DNA of 64,000 bases from a virus. The position numbers were made by a program, and so were the translations under genes. Shown here in pieces: positions 26,389 through 34,048 of this stretch. The stretch lies in the IMG/VR virus record IMGVR_UViG_3300045988_174665. The stretch is one strand, 5' to 3'. The stretch's first letter is position 1; each line of letters starts with the position of its first letter. Under the pieces are notes generated by a model. That model was not told the origin of the DNA. It did no database searches and saw only the letters and a list, made by a program, of their open reading frames with translations.

Positions 26389-26500
26389 TTTAGACGGGTT
26401 TTTAAGTTTAGACGCAAAGATGTTTAGACGGGTGCCGTCTAAACTCGTCAAAATTTAAGGGGTGTCAAAATTCTTCTCTTGTCAATTTTTAGACGCAAAA
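26389..26500. repeat. TTTAGACG element 13 (rearranged: two extra direct half-sites)
   Basis: TTTAGACGG at 26389, TTTAGACGCAAA at 26407, TTTAGACGGGTGCCGTCTAAA at 26423-26443, TTTAGACGCAAAA at 26488. Confidence 0.8.
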
Positions 26501-27068
26501 TTTTTTATTTCAAATTCCCAGCTCTGTCAAATTTTAAGTTAAAATAAGCTGCGTTCAAATTTTCTTTATAATCACTGCCGCTGCAAATTTTTTTAATTGA
26601 AAAAAAGCTACGATTAAGACAAATTTTTTCTTCTTTAAAATTTCAGCAGGGAACTCTTTTTTTAGAGAAGTTGCTTTCATTTTTAACTTAAGAAAAAAAC
26701 GCAAATTTTTTTGAAGGTCAAATTAATTTTAAAGTCAAATTTCAGCTAGCGGCCCTAAGCTTTCTCTTCGATTAAGTCTAAATCCTTCCTCAGTTAGAAC
26801 TCTAAAAATTTTTTAGGAGAAAAGGAAAAGAAAAAGATAACCAAATTAGCGTCAAATTTACGCTAAATTGACTATCTAAACTAAATTAATTATACTCTTT
26901 ACTTTATTTATAAAGTTAAAGCCAAATTAGCGTTAACTTTAAATTAAGATTAGATTATTTTTAAAGACTCAGCGGCCACAGTCAAATTCTTAAAGAAATC
27001 AACTTTTCAATATCGGAAAGTTTAGTCAACTTTTCTAAAGCGTCAAACTTCTTATCGTGTCAAATTTT
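26447..27068 (+). repeat. iteron-like array of GTCAAAWTT motifs (putative replication origin)
   Basis: GTCAA(A/T/C)WTT at about 26447, 26464, 26481, 26526, 26718, 26743, 26851, 26981, 27025, 27042 and 27058, plus relaxed nCAAATT copies. Nearly all are in the same orientation and no ORF is present. Confidence 0.5.
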
Positions 27069-27182
27069 AAGCCCGCAGCGGCAACTAATTTTAACTTTAA
27101 TCTTAATTTGAAAGAAAAGAAAATTTGACTTGGCGGCTTCACCTTTAAATTAAATTAATTCTTAAATTTTAGAAATTAAATT

Positions 27183-27211
27183 TTGATTTTTCTTTAAAAA
27201 ACCACTATAAT
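27183..27211 (+). promoter_or_regulatory. promoter P1 of the winged-helix gene
   Basis: TTGATT-17-TATAAT followed by a purine-rich leader. Confidence 0.55.
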
Positions 27212-27274
27212 ATATATAGAAAATAAAGAGAGAAGAAAGGAGAAAAGAAAAGGGAAAAAGAGGAGAAAGAAAAT

Positions 27275-27303
27275 TTGAAAAAACCTCAAAAACCTTATAT
27301 AAT
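27275..27303 (+). promoter_or_regulatory. promoter P2 of the winged-helix gene
   Basis: TTGAAA-17-TATAAT. Confidence 0.5.
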
Positions 27304-27381
27304 ATAAGTGTAATAAAGAGAAAGAAAAGAAAAACTAATTTTAAAGTTGCCAACTACTAAGTGTTGGAGAAAGAGGTCTAT

Positions 27382-27741
27382 ATGACACAGAGAGAATTTT
27401 TCAACGCAATCGCAGAGAACGAAACTTTGACTGAGGAAATGAGAGATTTCGCAAAGAATCAGATTGTTCTTCTTGATAAGAGAAATGAAAAGAGAAGAGA
27501 GGCAACTTCCCGAAAGGCAAAAGAGAACGCACCTATTATCGCCGCTATTCTTGAAACCCTTACAACAGAACCTCAGACAGCAGCGGAAATCGCCGAAGTT
27601 GTAGAAATCTCTACACAGAAAGCAAGTGCTCTTCTTCGTCAGCTTGAAGAAAAGGGAGAAATTTTGACAACTGAACTCAAAATACCGAAGAAGGGTAAGA
27701 GAAAATCTTACTTTATAGTAGAATCGAAAGAAGCCGATTAA
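27382..27741 (+). CDS. winged-helix DNA-binding protein (candidate origin/iteron binder)
   Basis: ATG at 27382 after a GAGAAAGAGG RBS; paralog of 19846..20235. Confidence 0.6.
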   Translation: MTQREFFNAIAENETLTEEMRDFAKNQIVLLDKRNEKRREATSRKAKENAPIIAAILETLTTEPQTAAEIAEVVEISTQKASALLRQLEEKGEILTTELKIPKKGKRKSYFIVESKEAD

Positions 27742-27901
27742 GGCTTCTTTTCTTTTACGCTTTAAACGCTCCTTTGCGTTTTAAACGCTCTTATTATTAT
27801 ATTATTATTATAATATTATTATAATATTATTATACTATTTATTTTTTTATTTATTTTTTTATTTATTTTTAAAATTTGATTTTCTGCGATTTTTGAGCCA
27901 G

Positions 27902-28041
27902 ACACTCATACCTATAAAATAACACAACTATCTATCAAATAACCCCTATTCCTATAAATCAATACTCATACTTATAAAATAATACTCATACCTATAAATC
28001 AACACAATTATCTATAAATCATTGTTAACTTCTATAAAGAA
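27902..28041 (+). repeat. seven tandem ~20-bp repeats ending in CTATAAA(T/A)(C/A)A
   Basis: Units: acactcatacctataaaata / acacaactatctatcaaata / acccctattcctataaatca / atactcatacttataaaata / atactcatacctataaatca / acacaattatctataaatca / ttgttaacttctataaagaa. Confidence 0.75.
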
Positions 28042-28130
28042 ACTAATCTTAATTTTTCTAGCCTCTTGCCGTGCCTCTTTATTGCTATGGGAAGGACTCT
28101 TACTCTAATAACTACCGAGGAATCGCCTAA

Positions 28131-28620
28131 GATTTCTCTTTTTTTTTATTCTTTTTTCCTCTTTCATTTTCTTTTTATTCCTTTATTCTTTTATCTTTAT
28201 TCTTCTTTATTATTATTCCTCTTATTTATTATTATTATTATTATTATACTATTATTAACCTTCTCTCTCTCTTTTCCTTCCTTTTCTTTCCTTTTCTTTA
28301 TTATTACTATTAAATTAATTTTCCTTATACCTTCTCCTTCTTTTCCTTATACCTTCTTCTTTTCTTTTCTTATTATTATACTATTATTATATTATACTAT
28401 TTCTTCTTCTTTCCTCTTTCTTTCTTCTTTTTATTTTTATACTTATATTAATCCTTCTTTTTTATTTATTATTATTATATTATTATACTAATTTCTTTTC
28501 CTTTCTTTTTCCTTTTCTTCTCTTCCCTCTTTTATCTTATTATACTATTATTATATTATTATTATACTATTATTATAATTAATCTTATACTATTATTATA
28601 ATAATATAATAATAAGATAA
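28131..28620. repeat. strand-asymmetric low-complexity tract (T/C on plus strand) with ATTATTATACTATTATTAT reiterations
   Basis: Almost no purines other than A on the plus strand. The minus sense reads as reiterated TAGTATAATAATAA + GAAAAGGAA-like units. The ORF-track entry 28066..28491 is a translation artefact. Confidence 0.7.
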
Positions 28621-28801
28621 ATTCCTCCTTAATTCTCCTATAAGTAATCTTTTTCTAATAATCTCTCTAAAATTTTAAGAAATTTTATTCTGAGAAATTT
28701 TCTCTTCCTTTACCTTTTCTAACCTTAATCTTTTAATCCTAATCTTTAACTAAGTCGCCGCAAGTCTTTATAAATTTTATTATATAAAAAAGATAGACTA
28801 C

Positions 28802-29098
28802 TTAAAAGCCTATCTTTTTAACCTCTTTAGGAGTTGACGAGAGGAAGCTTTCCATTTTTAGCTCCCAATCATCTTCGTCAAAACTATAAAATTTTCTTTC
28901 CGTAATTGCCGCCATCGCTGTAAAAAAGCTACACTTAGGAAAGTCCCGTCTTACCTTATCCATTTCTCTTACCTCAACAGAATTTCCATTCCGAAAAGTT
29001 AAAACAAGCTCTTCCTTTCCGGCAACAGAATGACTACCAAAATTTTTAATTCCTTCTGTTGAATATACCATTCCATTTACTTTAATAAACATTAGCAT
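28802..29098 (-). CDS. hypothetical protein
   Basis: ORF track; AAAGAAAGGAAG RBS. Confidence 0.5.
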   Translation of the reverse strand: MLMFIKVNGMVYSTEGIKNFGSHSVAGKEELVLTFRNGNSVEVREMDKVRRDFPKCSFFTAMAAITERKFYSFDEDDWELKMESFLSSTPKEVKKIGF

Positions 29099-29128
29099 CT
29101 TCCTTTCTTTTTATAACTATATTAATTA

Positions 29129-29476
29129 CTATATATCTTCATCCAAATAAAATGATTGAGGCAGTCTCTTACTATAGTAAGCTCTTTTTCCATAAAGCAC
29201 TTCCATATATCGAGATAAGTCAAAACCTTCCTGACCTAAATTATACAACTTATCTCTAAAATAATGAAGAATTTTCTGCAAGTATTGTTCTCCAATTTCT
29301 TTTGATGCCGCACCGGTCACACCAACTCTCAAACCATTATTTAAGAGAAGAATAATTGCATAAGGTTGTATAGCAATATCAAATCGCTCATAGTCCTCTT
29401 TATTAACTAAAACGACTTCGCCGCCGAGGACATTATCAACATTAAAGAAAACATTCCTTACTTTAACTACATCCAT
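29129..29476 (-). CDS. hypothetical protein
   Basis: ORF track; AAAGGAG RBS. Confidence 0.5.
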   Translation of the reverse strand: MDVVKVRNVFFNVDNVLGGEVVLVNKEDYERFDIAIQPYAIILLLNNGLRVGVTGAASKEIGEQYLQKILHYFRDKLYNLGQEGFDLSRYMEVLYGKRAYYSKRLPQSFYLDEDI

Positions 29477-29531
29477 TTAACTACTCCTTTGAATTTTCGT
29501 TAATTAATTTGTAATAATATTTCATTAAATA

Positions 29532-29697
29532 TCACTTACTATAAAACAATTTCGAATCCTTAATGGGATAATAAAATATTCGTCCATCAGCGGCTGTAAT
29601 AAAGGTAGTTAAACCATAATAACCTTTTTACGACTGTTAAAATACCATTAATATCGTGAATTGTTTCTACAAAGTCTCCTATTGTGATTTCTCCCAT
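29532..29697 (-). pseudogene. small gene interrupted by a 1-nt frameshift in an A5 run
   Basis: MGEITIGDFVETIHDINGILTVVK | KGYYGLTTFITAADGRIFYYPIKDSKLFYSK. The frames join at plus-strand T5 29625-29629. Confidence 0.45.
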
Positions 29698-29711
29698 TCT
29701 ATATTACTCCT

Positions 29712-29918
29712 TTATAAATGCCTTATTGCTTGGCTCTGAAAATTTAATACAACCTCATCCTTTATATCTATTACTTTTTGACAAGCTCTTTCTACCATTT
29801 TATAAGAATCGTAATTAGTGGTTTCAAATTGAATTTTATATTCTCCCTTTTCATTATCAATTTGAACTTTATATGATGTTCCCATTTGTGTCACCCCTAT
29901 CTCAACATACTCCGACAA
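29712..29918 (-). CDS. hypothetical protein
   Basis: ORF track. Confidence 0.5.
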   Translation of the reverse strand: MSEYVEIGVTQMGTSYKVQIDNEKGEYKIQFETTNYDSYKMVERACQKVIDIKDEVVLNFQSQAIRHL

Positions 29919-30280
29919 TGAAAATATATATGTTTTTTATAAATTTTTGCTCCACAAGGTTTGCCAATAACTTTATGGGGTCTTGGTAAAACTTCGTTAT
30001 AATTTTTCTGGGCTTCGTCATAATTTTTCTGGACTTCATAGTACTTTGCCAGAGCTTCGCTATACTTTTCCAGAGCTTCACTACACTTTTTTAGAGCTTC
30101 ACTACACTCTTTTAGAGCTTCATTATACTTTTCTTGTGCAGTGGCGACATCCTGATTTACTTGTATTTTTTCTTTATACAGCTCTTCATATTGGTCAGCC
30201 AATACTTCTGTAGTATCTTTACCACAATATTCCTCGATTTTTATAAAATCTGTAACTCTTATCGAAGTTTGCTCATTCAT
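29897..30280 (-). CDS. coiled-coil protein with EALKKCSEALEKYSEALAKY repeats
   Basis: Start moved to MNEQTS (GGAAAGGAAG RBS). Confidence 0.5.
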   Translation of the reverse strand: MNEQTSIRVTDFIKIEEYCGKDTTEVLADQYEELYKEKIQVNQDVATAQEKYNEALKECSEALKKCSEALEKYSEALAKYYEVQKNYDEAQKNYNEVLPRPHKVIGKPCGAKIYKKHIYFHCRSMLR

Positions 30281-30468
30281 TTTTCTTCCTTTCCATCCAT
30301 TTTTACGCCGCAACCAGGACATTCATTAGGTATTGTCAAATGTGGTAATAATTCATACGGTTCTAAATAATGTCCACATTCAGAGCAATAATAATAATCT
30401 CCATCATAATCATAGTCTTTTATCCATTCAGCCATTTTCATCGTCCTTTTTATCCATTTTTGCACCAC
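30277..30468 (-). CDS. zinc-ribbon mini-protein
   Basis: CSECGH ... CPGCG. Confidence 0.5.
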   Translation of the reverse strand: MVQKWIKRTMKMAEWIKDYDYDGDYYYCSECGHYLEPYELLPHLTIPNECPGCGVKMDGKEEK

Positions 30469-30658
30469 AATAAGGGCAATATGGGTATAACGGATTATTC
30501 TTAGAATCTAAGAATAAGTAATTATCACATTCTGAGCAACGATATTTGGTGTGCCATAAAGTTTTTCCAGTCGGTATCCACTTTCCGTGTTTAACTTGTT
30601 GAATATAGAGCCTGAAAAGTGCCTTATCTGGCTCATTTTTTAACTCTTTTTCAATCAT
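30428..30658 (-). CDS. zinc-ribbon mini-protein
   Basis: CSECDN ... CPYCG; start moved to MIEKELK. Confidence 0.5.
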   Translation of the reverse strand: MIEKELKNEPDKALFRLYIQQVKHGKWIPTGKTLWHTKYRCSECDNYLFLDSKNNPLYPYCPYCGAKMDKKDDENG

Positions 30659-30878
30659 TACCTTTACGCTCTCCCTTTTTCGGCACCAATTCACCAATGA
30701 GGTTTAAACCCTTGTAACACTCATCGCATAGATGTATTTTAACTTTTCTCTTACTTTCGATAGGAAATCGCAACCCGCTAAGACAATCAGTATCAACTCC
30801 TATATAAAATTCTTTCATTTTAACTATGTAAGGATTTTCGATAATTTTGTAACAACTATCGCATTGGTAAATTTTCAT
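30651..30878 (-). CDS. zinc-ribbon mini-protein
   Basis: CDSCYK ... CDECYK. Confidence 0.5.
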   Translation of the reverse strand: MKIYQCDSCYKIIENPYIVKMKEFYIGVDTDCLSGLRFPIESKRKVKIHLCDECYKGLNLIGELVPKKGERKGND

Positions 30879-31076
30879 TTATTTCACTTCACTTTTCTTG
30901 TAGAACTCATATCTATTATCTTTATTATCGTGCTTAAAAACTTTTACAAGGCTATCTACACTCATATTATTTACCCATATAGCATCGTTTGCTGCTCTAT
31001 CGAGCAAAAAGATAGTTTCCCCACTCTTAATTCCATCAAGCACATCAGAATTACAAACATTTTCATACTTTATCAT
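30879..31076 (-). CDS. hypothetical protein
   Basis: ORF track. Confidence 0.45.
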   Translation of the reverse strand: MIKYENVCNSDVLDGIKSGETIFLLDRAANDAIWVNNMSVDSLVKVFKHDNKDNRYEFYKKSEVK

Positions 31077-31330
31077 TTGCTTTCACCGTCCTCGACACGC
31101 TGATTCCATTTTTCAGCGTACTGTCCAATATATCCGGTTTCTTCATCAGCATCTCCTGCAGGGATAGTAAACGGCATATCGAATTTATCAAGTATACAAT
31201 TTTGTTCCGTATCTTCATGTTGGTAGTATTGATGAATAACTGTTTGCCCATATTTATTTACAAAAGAGTCTCTATGAAATTTCATTTCACTGCCGCAGAA
31301 CGGACAAGATTTGAGTTTTAATTCAAACAT
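31073..31330 (-). CDS. Lar-like restriction-alleviation protein candidate
   Basis: N-terminal LKSCPFCGSE zinc knuckle and C-terminal AEKWNQRV, as in Lar-family proteins. Confidence 0.5.
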   Translation of the reverse strand: MFELKLKSCPFCGSEMKFHRDSFVNKYGQTVIHQYYQHEDTEQNCILDKFDMPFTIPAGDADEETGYIGQYAEKWNQRVEDGESK

Positions 31331-31734
31331 TACTTTTCACTACCTCCAACAATCTGATTCCAACATTCAACACATTTGTTAGAATCTTTTTTGCAATCCT
31401 CTACGCTCATCAACCCTAATTTGCAATTCTCTGCACTCATCAACCCTAAGTCATGAGGACACACATAGGAGGGCTTACCGTTGTTATCGAGAGGAATATT
31501 TGGATATTTCTCTAATAAATCCGTAAGATAAGTTTTTTGTGGGTGCGCATCACTCCACTGCTGAACGACTTCGATTGCTTTTTTGGGGTATTGTTCCTCG
31601 AAATCAAAACAAGTCATATTATCAGCACCATTATTGTCTTGACTAAGAGGGCACTTAGTACAACAGATTTGACAATTATTAGTCATCCTGCATTTTTCTT
31701 TTATAAAATTAGCCGTCTTACTACAATCAATCAT
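31330..31734 (-). CDS. Cys-rich hypothetical protein, paralog of 31727..32140
   Basis: Shared C..CPLS...N.....MTC.(D/E)FE...P..AI..VQQWSD.HPQKTYLT... C..CWN. Confidence 0.5.
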   Translation of the reverse strand: MIDCSKTANFIKEKCRMTNNCQICCTKCPLSQDNNGADNMTCFDFEEQYPKKAIEVVQQWSDAHPQKTYLTDLLEKYPNIPLDNNGKPSYVCPHDLGLMSAENCKLGLMSVEDCKKDSNKCVECWNQIVGGSEK

Positions 31735-32140
31735 TTTCTTCACCCTCTTCATTGTTTTTAATAGGCAGATTCCAGCATTTTACGCAGTCACCGCCACAGT
31801 CATTATCTATTTCTTTCACTCCTAAGTCACATGGGATTACACCATCAGGTATTCCTCTTTCATCAAGAATAGCGTTTGGATAATGACTTAGAAATTCAGT
31901 TAAGTAAGTCTTCTGTGGGTGCGTATCGCTCCACTGCTGTACAATTAAAATTGCTTGTTCAGGGCAGAGTACTTCAAACTCCCCACATGTCATCCTATCG
32001 GTTGCATCATTATTCCAACCACTCAGAGGGCAATCATGGCAATCAATTCCGCACTGATATATACCAGCACATACTTTACGCTTTTTTGTCATTCTTCGCT
32101 TCTCATTAAAATAGTTTTTAGCGATATTACAATCAATCAT
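31727..32140 (-). CDS. Cys-rich hypothetical protein
   Basis: See 31330..31734. Confidence 0.5.
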   Translation of the reverse strand: MIDCNIAKNYFNEKRRMTKKRKVCAGIYQCGIDCHDCPLSGWNNDATDRMTCGEFEVLCPEQAILIVQQWSDTHPQKTYLTEFLSHYPNAILDERGIPDGVIPCDLGVKEIDNDCGGDCVKCWNLPIKNNEEGEEND

Positions 32141-32189
32141 TATTAATCTTCCTTTCCCTCAATAGAGCAACTGTCAAAATTTTAAGTAT

Positions 32190-32588
32190 TTATGCTCTAC
32201 GCTTTCCATTCCAATCATATTTAGCAATCATATCTTGTGCCTTTTTAAATCTAACTTGTTGAGCTTTATATGTAGCAATCATATCTTGTGCTTTTTTAAT
32301 TGCGTGTTTCTCATCTGGGGCATAAACATAGACGCTGCAAACTTTACCTTTTCTATGCTTTATAATATTTCCTTTTCTGTTACATTCACTTATTTTTGCC
32401 GTATTATTAACAGGATTATATACCCAATGATAACATTCTTTTTTCCCATCCTCATATATTTCAATACGAGCATCACCCCAATTAGTGGAATAAGCTTCTT
32501 TATATCGTTTTGCTTTTTCGTAATTGGTTGTTGCTGTACAAATATGATAGTCTGAATAGTCTCCTTTTGTAATAATATAAATTTTCAT
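32190..32588 (-). CDS. hypothetical protein
   Basis: ORF track; contains an internal KKAQDMIA duplication. Confidence 0.5.
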   Translation of the reverse strand: MKIYIITKGDYSDYHICTATTNYEKAKRYKEAYSTNWGDARIEIYEDGKKECYHWVYNPVNNTAKISECNRKGNIIKHRKGKVCSVYVYAPDEKHAIKKAQDMIATYKAQQVRFKKAQDMIAKYDWNGKRRA

Positions 32589-33769
32589 ACTGTCCCCTTT
32601 TTGACTAACGATACAATTTTTTCTTTTGCCTCCACAAGCTCACCATATTCAAGCTTATATGGCGTATCTTCTTTAATCTTCTCTCCGTCAACTTGAACAG
32701 CTTTAAAATTAACAATATTCAGATTGCTATCTCTTTCAATTAATACAATTATAGAACCTTTCTTCCCTTTTGCGGTACTATCATTATCACCTACAATTAC
32801 AGCGTTACTACCTCCTGCAAGCGTTGTACCACAATCGCCTAAAAGCTTAGCATTATTGCCGCCTACAAGTGTTGAACCGCAATCACCTACAAGCATAGCA
32901 TTATATCCTCCTGTAAGTTCAGCACAGAACTTACCTATAATTGTTGTATAGTCACCACCTGTAAGTATTGCACCATCGCCTCCTATAAGTTTAGCACCTT
33001 TGCCTCCTATAAGTTTAGCATAATTATTACCCACAAGCTTAGTACGGTCGCCACCCACAAGCTCAGTCCAATCATCACCTACAAGTGTTGAATATTCATC
33101 ACCTATAAGTTTAGCACCTTTGCCTCCTATAAGTTTAGCACTGCACCTGCCTACAATTGTTGCGTGGTCACCACCCACAAGCTTAGTGTTATTGTCTCCT
33201 ACAAGCTTACTATTGTTGCCGCCCATAAGCTTAGCACAATCACCTCCTACAAGGTTAGCGCAACTACCGCCCACAAGCTTGGCACAGGTGCCACCTATAA
33301 GTTTATCATTGTATCCACCTATAAGTTTAGCATAAGAGCCACCTATAAGTGTTTCATCATCTGACGCTTCTACATTAGATTTCATCTTCTGAGAAGCAAA
33401 ATCAAGACTTGCATCAATAAACTGTGATAAACTTAGCTTTGAACCGATTTTTAACTTTTTTGTACAAAACTTTTCATTGTTATCTGTTTCAACACTGGAT
33501 AACGCTTCAACTTCTGTAAATTCTGTAACATTACCTTTATAATCAATAAGATGATAATAGTCAAGTGTATCAATAGGGTTTTTACAAAAGTGCATCCCGC
33601 TTTTGCAAATTTCTGCATTATCTTCTTCAAATACGGTGTTTTCTTTATATACCTTATCCCTGCAAATTAATCCTTTTCTAAACGCTTTATAACCCTTCAT
33701 TGTATATATACACTCCTTTAAACTTTTACTATTCTTTTTGATAAATTTCTTACGGGCGTTACTTTTCAA
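32585..33769 (-). CDS. decapeptide-repeat (xxAKLIGGxx) beta-solenoid-like protein (start uncertain, possibly MKGYKAF)
   Basis: About 22 tandem 10-aa repeats. The N-terminal KGYKAF..GL.CRD..Y......E......CKSGMHFC.NP domain resembles the C-terminal domain of 54036..55004. Confidence 0.6.
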   Translation of the reverse strand: MKSNARKKFIKKNSKSLKECIYTMKGYKAFRKGLICRDKVYKENTVFEEDNAEICKSGMHFCKNPIDTLDYYHLIDYKGNVTEFTEVEALSSVETDNNEKFCTKKLKIGSKLSLSQFIDASLDFASQKMKSNVEASDDETLIGGSYAKLIGGYNDKLIGGTCAKLVGGSCANLVGGDCAKLMGGNNSKLVGDNNTKLVGGDHATIVGRCSAKLIGGKGAKLIGDEYSTLVGDDWTELVGGDRTKLVGNNYAKLIGGKGAKLIGGDGAILTGGDYTTIIGKFCAELTGGYNAMLVGDCGSTLVGGNNAKLLGDCGTTLAGGSNAVIVGDNDSTAKGKKGSIIVLIERDSNLNIVNFKAVQVDGEKIKEDTPYKLEYGELVEAKEKIVSLVKKGTV

Positions 33770-33801
33770 ATAAAATACTTAAATATTATCTTTCTTCCGT
33801 A

Positions 33802-34038
33802 TCACAGTTCAAAAATTCCTTCCATAATAGCAATAACTATACCCAAACCGCCGCAAAGGCAATAAAAACCAACATTAAAAGGAACAATAAAACAAGAAGA
33901 TAGAAATAGCATTATTCCGCCAAAAATCGCCCAAATTACTATAAAGACAATTGTTTCAGCAAAAACCCTCTTAAAGAGTGAATTACTATGTAGTAATTCT
34001 GTTAAAAAATTTGAAATTGTTTTTAAAAAATCTTTCAT
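33802..34038 (-). CDS. small two-TM membrane protein
   Basis: ORF track; hydrophobic. Confidence 0.5.
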   Translation of the reverse strand: MKDFLKTISNFLTELLHSNSLFKRVFAETIVFIVIWAIFGGIMLFLSSCFIVPFNVGFYCLCGGLGIVIAIMEGIFEL

Positions 34039-34048
34039 ATAAATCTCC

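Noticed and set aside
17000-26500. Regularly spaced repeats that might be a CRISPR array.
   Set aside because: The repeats are tripartite palindromes 72-112 bp long. They are separated by 0.4-1 kb units that are complete genes with promoters and terminators. There are no short uniform spacers and no cas genes.
18081-26500. CCGTCTAAA / TTTAGACGG resembles the Neisseria DNA uptake sequence GCCGTCTGAA, which also occurs as inverted pairs.
   Set aside because: The word differs (TAAA vs TGAA). The genome is very AT-rich with Gram-positive-type promoters and lysis genes. The motif is confined to one 9.6-kb region rather than being dispersed.
28066-28491. 141-aa plus-strand ORF in the ORF track.
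   Set aside because: The translation is pure low-complexity F/L/S/I from a T/C-rich repeat tract. There is no RBS, and it lies in the convergent intergenic zone. It is a composition artefact.
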